Assembly (NCBI GenBank): GCA_963676915.2
Contig: CAXXVK010000052.1
Coordinates: 90,459-154,458, forward strand
DNA length: 64,000 nucleotides
Source: Myxococcota bacterium
GTDB lineage: Bacteria > Myxococcota_A > SURF-8 > G963663525
Reading direction: 5' to 3'
Every line of letters starts with the position of its first letter. Position 1 is the first letter of the stretch. Positions 27,418 to 36,169 of the stretch are shown here, one piece after another. The position numbers and the translations under genes were made by a program. The notes beneath the pieces are model-generated. The model made no database searches. It saw only the letters and a list, made by a program, of their open reading frames with translations, and was not told the origin of the DNA.

Positions 27418-29349
27418 TCAACCGACAAACTGTCTCTTGCGTGCCAGCAACAAGCATCCCAATCCCAGTCCGATCCAGATCCAGGAAGTTTCTCCCGCCG
27501 TGCGACAATCTCCGCCGTCCCCGCCGGGTTTCTCGTCCAAAGGTTCCCAGTCCATGTCTCCGGGAGAATCGGTGTCATCCGCATCTTCGTCGCCATCCAC
27601 CGTAGCCGCGATGGTCCCGCCCAAAGCGATGTGATCGCGAATGAAAGGCGATTTGTTGGATTCACCGGCAGTGCTGGCGCTCATATAACGTCCCCACCAG
27701 TAACTCGCCAGCAGATCGCCTCCCGGATTCAGCCGCAGCCCTCCCCCACCGTTGACCGTGAAGGGATTGGAGCGGGAATCGAAATTCGACGGCGGACGAA
27801 TGGACGGATGCAAGGCTTCGGTAGCCATCCAGCTTCCGTTCTCGTTGGCGGCTTCCAAAATCAATTCGGTGACGCCATCGACGGCAATGCAGCGACCGAC
27901 GGCGATTTCGTCTTCATCGCAGTTTTCTCGTCGAGTATTCCAGTATGGACCAAGTTCGAAGCCCATCAGTAGATCCGCTGTTGAATCGATCAACTCCTGC
28001 GAAACGCCGTTGCGGGTCAGGGTCATGTAAATCATGTTCCACATCGGCTGTTTGCACAAAGCGGCGGTGTGGGTTTCATCTTCTCTGTTCCACCATCCAT
28101 CTTCGAGATAGCGGTACAACGCTTCGGTCACTTCGGGATCGTTCTCCAGGTACAGCAACAACCACAGGGCGATGGCGGTCATGTCAGGCACGTCGAAATT
28201 CGTGCTGGTTCCCATGTAGGTGTAGTCCATTGCACCTTCGTCCTCACCCCGATTGACGTTCGCCAGGTAATCGCGCTGGACCATCAATTCGTTGTAAAGA
28301 TACTCCTCCAACTCGGGATCGCCGGTTACGTGGTGTAGTCCCTTGATGATAGCCAGGGCCATAACCGTGTTGAATTTGTTGAACGTTTCCGAATCGTTCG
28401 ACAAGTAGAGCTTTTCGACGGATTTGGCGTTCAGGTCGTGGTACATCGTCGGTCGGCCATCGGCATCCATGATGATGAGATCATATTCCCCCTGCCCTAC
28501 CGGACCATCGAGTTCGGCCAGATCGCGTTTTTTCATCAGCATTTTCCCGACGCCGAGGGCATCTTCCTGCATGCGCGTCACGAGGCTTTGATCGATGTCC
28601 GAATCGTCCTTGATCGCATCGTACAACGCCACCATGCCGAAGATCTGACCGACGAGCTGATCTTTCGAACAGGAATCGATCCAGGCCCATTCTCCCTCCG
28701 GCAACACGCCGTCGCTGTTGTCGTAGCGAAACGATCCGTTGGATTTGGGCTGCGGGAGCGGCTCGCCGTTTTCGTCGAACAGTTCGATATAGTCCCGTTC
28801 GATGGTCGGCAGAGGCGGATCGTTGGTATCTTCCGGCGTCAGGCGCTTGATTCCCCGAGCCACGAGTCCGTTTCCGCCGGTCACGACGTAAAAAACGTGC
28901 CAGGAATTCACGGCTCGCACCACACGTTCCCGTGCAAGTTCAAGCCTTTCACCCGTAATTCCCTCTCTCTTGAGCACCATGTATTCGTAGGCCGCCGCCG
29001 TCATCGCGATACCACCGAAAAACCCGAGATCGCCGTATTCACCGTAGTGGGAAAGCAATTCGAACAGGTGCGTACCCGTGACGCTCTCGAAGTCGTCGCT
29101 AGCCGTCTGTGCAAGAAACTGATCGATCTTTTCGACAGCTTCCTCGTCCTTCGGATGCACATCGAGCGACAATCCGAAGGGATCGGCATTGAGCTGATAA
29201 AACTGACGTGCATGTTGTTGCATCCGGGTATCGAGCGTCTCGTATTGCCCTTCGGGAAAGATTGGCGCGGCTTGCACGGTCTGCATAGCGCCAACAAAGA
29301 CACTTAACGCGGCAAAAAACAAGCCGACGTTTTTCAAAAACGTTTGCAT
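27418..29349 (-). CDS. Secreted protein of unknown function with a MYXO-CTERM-like C-terminal sorting signal
   Basis: Signal peptide ending VQA, acidic linker, then GGDGGDCRTAGETSWIWIGLGLGCLLLARKR. Confidence 0.75.
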   Translation of the reverse strand: MQTFLKNVGLFFAALSVFVGAMQTVQAAPIFPEGQYETLDTRMQQHARQFYQLNADPFGLSLDVHPKDEEAVEKIDQFLAQTASDDFESVTGTHLFELLSHYGEYGDLGFFGGIAMTAAAYEYMVLKREGITGERLELARERVVRAVNSWHVFYVVTGGNGLVARGIKRLTPEDTNDPPLPTIERDYIELFDENGEPLPQPKSNGSFRYDNSDGVLPEGEWAWIDSCSKDQLVGQIFGMVALYDAIKDDSDIDQSLVTRMQEDALGVGKMLMKKRDLAELDGPVGQGEYDLIIMDADGRPTMYHDLNAKSVEKLYLSNDSETFNKFNTVMALAIIKGLHHVTGDPELEEYLYNELMVQRDYLANVNRGEDEGAMDYTYMGTSTNFDVPDMTAIALWLLLYLENDPEVTEALYRYLEDGWWNREDETHTAALCKQPMWNMIYMTLTRNGVSQELIDSTADLLMGFELGPYWNTRRENCDEDEIAVGRCIAVDGVTELILEAANENGSWMATEALHPSIRPPSNFDSRSNPFTVNGGGGLRLNPGGDLLASYWWGRYMSASTAGESNKSPFIRDHIALGGTIAATVDGDEDADDTDSPGDMDWEPLDEKPGGDGGDCRTAGETSWIWIGLGLGCLLLARKRQFVG

Positions 29350-29398
29350 CGTGAAATTCTTTCGATGAGAGAAATCTTCAAGACACACAACAAGTGGT

Positions 29399-29623
29399 TC
29401 ACGGAACTCGCCCGTAAGCTTTGTCCTGTGCCCTGTTGTACGCCGTATAAGCGGAAATCAGGTGGCAGATCCATCCCAGCAAGCCACCGGAACCGATCCA
29501 AAACCCCGGCGTGACAATCAGCCAAAACAGTCCCCGTAGAAAATCTCCGTTGTATATTTGTCCAACACCAGGAACAACCAACGACAGCACGGCAGCAGTT
29601 CCGAATGAATGATCTTGAGCCAA
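29399..29623 (-). CDS. Small membrane protein
   Basis: AGGAGG RBS; AAVLSLVVPGVGQIYNG motif typical of small TM2/DUF5683-like proteins. Confidence 0.75.
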   Translation of the reverse strand: MAQDHSFGTAAVLSLVVPGVGQIYNGDFLRGLFWLIVTPGFWIGSGGLLGWICHLISAYTAYNRAQDKAYGRVP

Positions 29624-29832
29624 CGTTTCCTCCTTGCAAACCGACGAAATCCTTCATTTCGTTCGAACACAACCAGGCCAAAACACTCCACGACGGAGTG
29701 CTATCCTGAAGCTTTAGACGCTTATATGCGGCACGGTTTTCACACATTGTTATGTAAAGGTGTGAAAACTCCTTCATTTTTACTAAATTTCGTGATGTGA
29801 GACAAGAGCCTCTTGACGAATCCATCCCAACG

Positions 29833-31311
29833 TCAGGGTTTGACGGACCAGACCGTGCCTTCCTTGGAATCCTTCACCAGAATCCCTTTCTCGGCCAGCA
29901 CATCGCGCAGGCGGTCGGACTCGACCCAGTCTTTCGCTTCACGAGCCTTGGTTCGTTGCTCCAACAGGGCTTCGATTTCTTCGACGCCAATCCCCAACCG
30001 CTTCAATTCCCGTCCGGTCATGTCGCCGAGATATTCGTCCGGCGTGCGCTGCAAAAGACCTAGTACCTCGAACAAAGGAATAAGCTGTGCACGGATCGCC
30101 GCCAGCGTCGCCGCGATATCGGCAGCACTATGATCGCCGGGAGCGGTCAGCAGATCGTTGGCCAGCTTGAAGAACCCGGAAAGCCCGCCGATGGCTCGGG
30201 GGGTATTGAAATCGTCATCCATAGAGATTTGGAATTGCTCGGGAATCGCCGCGATTTTCTCGGCATCGATAGGATTTCCACCGTCGGCGGAATGCTCGGC
30301 GAGATACCGATCCATTTCCTCCAATGTTTTGTATAAATACGTTACTCGCTTTTGGGACTGGTTGAGGCGATCCTCGGAAAACAGTACATCCTTGCGATAA
30401 TGGGTGGACAGCATCAGGAACTTGAGCGCTTCAGGGTCAAAGGCATCGAGAACGTCTCGGATCGTCAGGAAATTCCCCAGTGATTTCGACATCTTCACCT
30501 GCCCGGAACCATCCTCGGCAGGCATGTTAATGAAGCCGTTGTGAATCCAGTAGCGGGCATAGGGTTTGCCTGTAGACGCCTCCGACTGGGCGATTTCGTT
30601 TTCGTGGTGCGGGAAAATCAGATCCTTGCCACCACCGTGAATATCGAACGATTCTCCGAGATTGTTCGTGGACATCACCGAGCATTCGATGTGCCAGCCG
30701 GGCCGACCTTCTCCCCAGGGAGACTCCCATTTGGGTTCGCCGGGCTTGCTGGCTTTCCACAGGGCGAAATCGAGGGGGGATTCTTTTTGGTCGCTCACAT
30801 CCACACGCGCCCCGGCTTCCAGTTCCTCCAAATTCTTGCCCGAAAGCTTACCGTACCCTTTGAACGAATCGACCCGGTAATAGACATCTCCGCTTTCGGT
30901 CGCGTAGGCATGACCTTTTTCGATCAAAGAGCCAATGAATTCGATCATTTGCGGGACGTAATGGGTGCAGTACGGTTCCACGTCGGGATGCAACAGACCG
31001 AGAGAGTCCATATCCTCGTTGAACGCCTGGATATATTTGTCCGTCAGTTCAGTGGTCGTAATACCCAACTCCAAGGCACGTTTGATGATTTTGTCGTCGA
31101 TGTCGGTGAAATTCCGAACGTAGGTGACATCGTAACCGCTGTACTTCAAATAGCGAAAAATCACGTCGAAATAGATCGTAGGTCGTGCATGACCCACATG
31201 ACTGTAATCGTAAACCGTCACGCCACAGACATACATCCCGACCTTGGGAGGATTCAAAGGGGTGAAATCTTCTTTCCGATTGGTCATCGTATTGTAAAGT
31301 CGTAGCGCCAT
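29833..31311 (-). CDS. cysS: Cysteine--tRNA ligase
   Basis: MYVCGVTVYDYSHVGHAR, NFTDIDDKII, DFALWK, GRPGWHIECS, DIHGGGKDLIFPHHENEIAQ, KMSKSLGN. Confidence 0.98.
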   Translation of the reverse strand: MALRLYNTMTNRKEDFTPLNPPKVGMYVCGVTVYDYSHVGHARPTIYFDVIFRYLKYSGYDVTYVRNFTDIDDKIIKRALELGITTTELTDKYIQAFNEDMDSLGLLHPDVEPYCTHYVPQMIEFIGSLIEKGHAYATESGDVYYRVDSFKGYGKLSGKNLEELEAGARVDVSDQKESPLDFALWKASKPGEPKWESPWGEGRPGWHIECSVMSTNNLGESFDIHGGGKDLIFPHHENEIAQSEASTGKPYARYWIHNGFINMPAEDGSGQVKMSKSLGNFLTIRDVLDAFDPEALKFLMLSTHYRKDVLFSEDRLNQSQKRVTYLYKTLEEMDRYLAEHSADGGNPIDAEKIAAIPEQFQISMDDDFNTPRAIGGLSGFFKLANDLLTAPGDHSAADIAATLAAIRAQLIPLFEVLGLLQRTPDEYLGDMTGRELKRLGIGVEEIEALLEQRTKAREAKDWVESDRLRDVLAEKGILVKDSKEGTVWSVKP

Positions 31312-31346
31312 GATTTTCCTCGAATACAGTGGTAAAAAGAGAAATC

Positions 31347-31374
31347 ATTGTAACGGTTCATGCCCGGCGGTCAA
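31347..31374 (-). promoter_or_regulatory. Candidate sigma-70 promoter of cysS
   Basis: Minus strand TTGACC-N16-TACAAT, about 35 bp upstream of the ATG. Confidence 0.55.
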
Positions 31375-31446
31375 TAGTATTCGCCGGAAAGTTTTGTTCC
31401 ACACCCCATTTCGGATACAAAAACCCACCGAAAATGAAATCTCCTA

Positions 31447-31596
31447 GAAGTCATCCCAAAATACCGACCGAGGATTTCGAGACGAATTCGTCGTTGGTGA
31501 GACGCGGAATACCGGGAGTCTTTCAAGTCGAGACCGGCGACGAAGCCGACCGAAAGCATCCGAAAGGCGACAGGAGTGTATTTTTAGGATGGCTTC
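31447..31596 (+). ncRNA. Candidate structured ncRNA or MITE-like element (rod-shaped fold)
   Basis: Nested stems GAAGUCAUCC/GGAUGGCUUC, AAAAUAC/GUAUUUU, GGAU-UUCG/CGAA-AUCC, UUCGUCGUUGGU/ACCGGCGACGAA and CGG-AAUA-CCG. The three non-Watson-Crick pairs are G-U on the plus strand. Confidence 0.4.
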
Positions 31597-31632
31597 AAAC
31601 AAAACCGCATGTTTTTCAATGGAATAATTTCA

Positions 31633-33216
31633 TTATTTCAATTCGGAAATAGTCAGTTCGGCGTGAATGCGCCATGACCCTTTCGGGTAGTTCTTTAGAT
31701 AGTCACGGTAGGCTTTTATCGCTTTTTCACGATCCCCAAGGCTTTTGTAACACTCCCCAACCAGGAACATCGCCCGCTCGTTGACGAAGCCGGAGTGGTC
31801 GTCGATATACTCCTGGAGCGAATCCAAGGCCCGCTGTGTGTAGCCATCTTTCATGAAATTCTCGATGGCTTCGTAAAATCGCTCGACGTTATATCTCTCC
31901 AATGGTGGCAACGTTTGCAAATTCTGCGACCAATTCCCATTCGGAGATTTTCCGTTCTTCGACTCTCGCCCTCGATGTGTCGCTGAATCGGTTGTACCAT
32001 CCGACAACTCCGGCAAACCATCGATATCCATCTCAATCGCAGGAATTTCCAATGTGGAATGGCTGGGGGTTCCTCCGGCAATGTTTTCTTTGTTTGCCTC
32101 ACTGGAATCGGCATTTCTTGAAGCAGAAGGTTTTCCATGCACGGGATGGTGACCGGAAGGTTCCGTCCCTTTGCCCTGCCTATGACTTGGAGTATTCACA
32201 GATACGGAATGCTGTTGGGTATTTTTGCGACCTTCTGAAATCGTTGAAGAAATCGGCTTTTCTTCTTTGGGTGCTCTTACAACCACGGGCCGGTCTACCC
32301 CTTTGGACCATGTGGCGTGGTCATTCGCCGTAAGCGCTATAGAAAAAATCTTCTCTCGGTCGGAATAGAGAACTTTTCCTTTTTGCACCGATACTTTTTC
32401 CCATTCTTCGGAGCGCTTGACGTGGATTGAAAACCGCGTTCCGACCACTTCGACCGCCCCTTTCGGTGTCAAAACAAAAACAGGTTCTTTCCCCGGTCGA
32501 ACCGAAAAATCCGCTCGTCCATCGACGAGCGGAACCAGTCGCCCCCTGTAGCGAACAAATGTCAAAGCCCCCATCGGATGCACGACCGACCGGACGCGCT
32601 CCCCGATTTTCATGGTCAGTGGCCGGTTTTCATCGGCATTGAAAATGTATCGTCCGGTTTCCAGTACCCTGTTGACACCTTGAGTTTCAACCGTTCCGGT
32701 CGTTTTTTCCATACTCTGGGTACCGGCCAACAAGCGAATATCGTACAGCCTTACTCCTTCCGCTACATCTTTTGTTTCTTGCGGAAGAGCATCTTTGTTT
32801 TTTCCAATAATAAAGGAGTTGGCGGATTGCTCGATCGGTCCAAAATTATCACAAACATATGTATTTACGTTTCTGCTTCCCTGGTCGATATTGGTTTTGA
32901 TTACCTCAAAATCATCGAAATACGAAATAGCAACAATTAAAACTACAAAAGCAATTTCTACCGGCACCCAGATCGCCCAATTCGAGAACCTTTTAGCTGG
33001 TTTATTTTTCTCGGCTCGCCAATGAGCCAGAGTTTTTTGTCGAAGAGCGTCCCAGCGTTCCTCGGAAAATTCCACTGGCCGGTTGCATTCTCGAACCGTT
33101 TTTTCTACGAAATGAAGCTTCTTTTCCTGCACATCGGACACACGGGTTCCCTCGCGTCGGGCAACGCGCTGCAAAAACCTGAAAAGGCGTGTCGAATTGG
33201 GATCGGAAGCACTCAT
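31633..33216 (-). CDS. FecR-domain anti-sigma factor with C-terminal TPR
   Basis: Single TM, FecR motif VLTPKGAVEVVGTRFSI...VSVQKGKV, disordered linker, and AMFLVGECY...AIKAYRDYLKNYPKG TPR. Directly downstream of the ECF sigma gene. Confidence 0.82.
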   Translation of the reverse strand: MSASDPNSTRLFRFLQRVARREGTRVSDVQEKKLHFVEKTVRECNRPVEFSEERWDALRQKTLAHWRAEKNKPAKRFSNWAIWVPVEIAFVVLIVAISYFDDFEVIKTNIDQGSRNVNTYVCDNFGPIEQSANSFIIGKNKDALPQETKDVAEGVRLYDIRLLAGTQSMEKTTGTVETQGVNRVLETGRYIFNADENRPLTMKIGERVRSVVHPMGALTFVRYRGRLVPLVDGRADFSVRPGKEPVFVLTPKGAVEVVGTRFSIHVKRSEEWEKVSVQKGKVLYSDREKIFSIALTANDHATWSKGVDRPVVVRAPKEEKPISSTISEGRKNTQQHSVSVNTPSHRQGKGTEPSGHHPVHGKPSASRNADSSEANKENIAGGTPSHSTLEIPAIEMDIDGLPELSDGTTDSATHRGRESKNGKSPNGNWSQNLQTLPPLERYNVERFYEAIENFMKDGYTQRALDSLQEYIDDHSGFVNERAMFLVGECYKSLGDREKAIKAYRDYLKNYPKGSWRIHAELTISELK

Positions 33217-33253
33217 AAATTCTTCTCGTTATTTCCTTTCTTGTTGTCCAAGG

Positions 33254-33841
33254 TCAGTCTTTGGCTTTATCCACTTTCGCGTCAGAGAGAACGAAAATCT
33301 GTCGCATCTTCTTCGCGAATTCCTTTCTCGCATAATACAAACGGGATTTTACGGTGAGTTTGCCGGTGCCCACTCTTTTGGCAACTTCATCCAGGGAAAA
33401 TTCCTCGATATCGTGAAGAACAAGAACCGTGCGTTTTTTCGGTCCAAGCGAATCCAACGCTTGAGCGATCAGCTCGATCATCTCTTTCTGTTCCGAAATC
33501 TGAAGCGGATTCGGCGTTGTCCCGGCAAGATGATCGAGAACTTTTTCCACATCGACCTGACCTGGTAATATGCGACGCCTGCGAATCTGCTGCAAAGCGA
33601 CGTTGTAAACCAGTCTATAGAGCCACGTAGAAAACTTGCTGCGGTTCTTGAATGTCGGCAGCGATCGAAAAAGCTCCAAAAAGACCGTTTGGAGAATGTC
33701 CTCCAGATCCTGCACCGGTCCCACCACCGTATGCAGAATACGCAATACATCGGGACGAATCTCGTCGAACAGTTCACCATACGCCGATTCTTCTCCGGCG
33801 CCACAACGGCGAATCAATTCATTGACTATATCGTCACGCAA
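33254..33841 (-). CDS. ECF-family RNA polymerase sigma factor
   Basis: DLEDILQTVFLELFRSLPTFKNRSKFSTWLYRLVYN (region 2) and RTVLVLHDIEEFSLDEVA...TVKSRLYYARK (region 4). TTG start. Confidence 0.93.
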   Translation of the reverse strand: MRDDIVNELIRRCGAGEESAYGELFDEIRPDVLRILHTVVGPVQDLEDILQTVFLELFRSLPTFKNRSKFSTWLYRLVYNVALQQIRRRRILPGQVDVEKVLDHLAGTTPNPLQISEQKEMIELIAQALDSLGPKKRTVLVLHDIEEFSLDEVAKRVGTGKLTVKSRLYYARKEFAKKMRQIFVLSDAKVDKAKD

Positions 33842-34250
33842 TGGACTTTCCCCGACTCAATCCTAACAGAAGCTTCGATCAACCTAACACGAATATCGGG
33901 AATGGCCAATAGAAACTGACTGGGTTTTCAAAGAACGTTAGCAAAAACACCCCTTGTTTATATTAGTAACACAATACATAAAAAAGAGTTAAAAAAATTA
34001 TCTCGCAGGAGAAATTTCTCCTCTACCCCTATTTAATTTATCTTACACTACCCGTCTATTTATCCACATAAACACAAACGACTGTTAAGATACTCGTTTA
34101 TGTCCATTAACTCTCTCGTTAGTATCCGTGAATGGTTTCCAGAAATAGAAGCAAAATTTTTACAAAAAGAATGTTTTTGGCGTATCTCTTTGAAATAGCA
34201 GGAGTAATTTCCGTTCGATTCTCGTTGCAATCGGGTGTTTTGTCTCTTCG

Positions 34251-34529
34251 TTAGCGGCTTTTCCCCAAATGCATCAAGCGAATAGATTCGTCCAAAATCG
34301 CTCGAAAAATTCGCGAAACACTTTCGCTTTCCAACGGTCCTTGATTGCTAGCAATGAGTTCGGCGAGCAAATCGTCTTCGCGCCGGATATCTTTCAGAGG
34401 CAACGATTGTTCATTTTTTAGTTTGGCAATACGAAGGGCACAAGCCACTCGGCGATTCAGCAACTCCAGGATGCTATCGTCCAAGGTATCGATTTCTTTG
34501 CGTAATTCTTCAAGAGTTTCGCTAGACAT
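34251..34529 (-). CDS. Monofunctional chorismate mutase (AroQ type)
   Basis: LEELRKEIDTLDDSILELLNRR...IAKLK...DIRRE...NQGPL...IFRAILDES. Confidence 0.88.
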   Translation of the reverse strand: MSSETLEELRKEIDTLDDSILELLNRRVACALRIAKLKNEQSLPLKDIRREDDLLAELIASNQGPLESESVSRIFRAILDESIRLMHLGKSR

Positions 34530-34551
34530 GAAGATTTCATTCCCAAAAGTA

Positions 34552-36051
34552 TCAGTAGTCTCTTCCGTAATACTCGACTTGCAAACGCTCATAAAAGGCA
34601 CAAACCATCGCGACCGAAAGAGGTATCGTCACCAACCATCCCACGAAAAACAACAATCCTCCCAAGGTGTTACCACCAAGCAATAAAAGCGTCATTAGAA
34701 GTATGGAAACAACATGTTTTTTTGTAATTTCAAAGAGTTGTACAAATGCTGACAGACCGAAAACTCCTTGGTCGCACACGACCAACAACAATAATAAATT
34801 GAAAAGACCGAAAACCAGTGAAAGAAACACGATAAGAATGTACAATCCGATCGCCCAAGCGCTGTGTTCGACAAACGCACTTGGCTGAAGAAGTTCGATC
34901 AGATAATTTAATCCCCAGAAAAACAGGATCATCGGTAGAATCGTCAATCCTGCAGTAAAGAATCGTCGAAGGCCGGAAAACATATCGGAAAACCTGGTTT
35001 CTTTCCCTCGCATATCCTGAAGCGTTGTCCGAAACACCCCACCCTGAAGAACGTAGAACAACAATACAAAAATCAGCGTAGCGGCAGCTGAAGATACCGA
35101 ATACAATGAATTTTCAGCCAATTTCTGCACGAACTCCAACCAGTTGCCACCTTGTACGGAAACCACGATAAAAAGAAGAAGAGGCACCCAACTGCCAACT
35201 GCTGCTGCAAGTATCATCATCGGCAACCGAAACGGGTGTTTCAGGTAGCCTTTCCAACCGATTTTCACAGCGAATTTTATCGGATCTTCCTCTGTAAGCG
35301 AGGCAACAGGAATCACCCGGCCATACTCCACAATCGTCGTCGATGTCTCTCGCATGATTTCACTTGGTCTGGGAGCCGACACTGGAGGTTTCCAGGTATT
35401 TTTAGGTTGCTCGTCCATGGCAACCGGTTGAACTTCGACTTCGACCACCGATTCCGGATCATCTTCAAGAGGCACAGCCTCGATTTCGACATAGGGAACA
35501 GACTCGGATTCCACCTCGATTTCCGGCAAGCTGTCCAACGAAGCATCGTCAATCGGTTCTGCTTCAACTTCGACAACGTCCATCGGCTCAACCGCAACTT
35601 CCGGCATTGAATCCTCGGCTTCGCCCAGGTCTTCTTCCGAAATCGGCTTATCCGACACCTTTTTTCGCCAGGACGTTTCCTGGACAATCAAGGGAAAATG
35701 CATGGCCATTTTTCCCGAACCCTGCAAAATGCCTTCTTCGTTGACAGCACCGGCAAACACCAGGAAATATTCGTCGGAAATCCCTTCTTTCACCTGAAAA
35801 CGCCGGGGAGAATCGGCCAGACCTTTCACATCGCCTTCTCGTAAAGCATCTCCTAAATACGTGAAACCTTCTTCAGTATTGGGTTCGAAACAAACACAAG
35901 GCTCTCCCGAAGGTGCTTTTCCATGATACAATTTACATCTTACAAGCTTTTCTATTTCCAAAACCTGGAATAAACGAGCGTACGCGTTGTATACTGCCGG
36001 TCCCCGACCCAATTTATTTACATCAAACAATATGGCGATTTGGCGTCTCAT
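34552..36051 (-). CDS. Membrane protein with unknown N-terminal domain, acidic repeat linker and about 6-TM C-terminal domain
   Basis: Linker with VEVEAEP / IEVESES / VEIEAVP / VEVEVQP; hydrophobic C-terminal helices ending VGWLVTIPLSVAMVCAFY. Confidence 0.7.
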   Translation of the reverse strand: MRRQIAILFDVNKLGRGPAVYNAYARLFQVLEIEKLVRCKLYHGKAPSGEPCVCFEPNTEEGFTYLGDALREGDVKGLADSPRRFQVKEGISDEYFLVFAGAVNEEGILQGSGKMAMHFPLIVQETSWRKKVSDKPISEEDLGEAEDSMPEVAVEPMDVVEVEAEPIDDASLDSLPEIEVESESVPYVEIEAVPLEDDPESVVEVEVQPVAMDEQPKNTWKPPVSAPRPSEIMRETSTTIVEYGRVIPVASLTEEDPIKFAVKIGWKGYLKHPFRLPMMILAAAVGSWVPLLLFIVVSVQGGNWLEFVQKLAENSLYSVSSAAATLIFVLLFYVLQGGVFRTTLQDMRGKETRFSDMFSGLRRFFTAGLTILPMILFFWGLNYLIELLQPSAFVEHSAWAIGLYILIVFLSLVFGLFNLLLLLVVCDQGVFGLSAFVQLFEITKKHVVSILLMTLLLLGGNTLGGLLFFVGWLVTIPLSVAMVCAFYERLQVEYYGRDY

Positions 36052-36169
36052 GGTTTCTCCGACCGCGAGAAAAGAAAAGCTATCCGAATGAAAGCACTGA
36101 ATCGCATTTCATCAGATAACGCAAAATTTCGTAAATAAATCTTATTTCGGTTCGATAACGTTCCGAAAT

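Noticed and set aside
31380-31632. T-box or other riboswitch leader for cysS
   Set aside because: No T-box consensus was seen, cysS has a candidate promoter downstream of the element, and the wobble pairs favour the opposite strand.
33860-34250. Chromosomal origin of replication
   Set aside because: Only one perfect DnaA box, and no dnaA, dnaN, gidA or parAB context.
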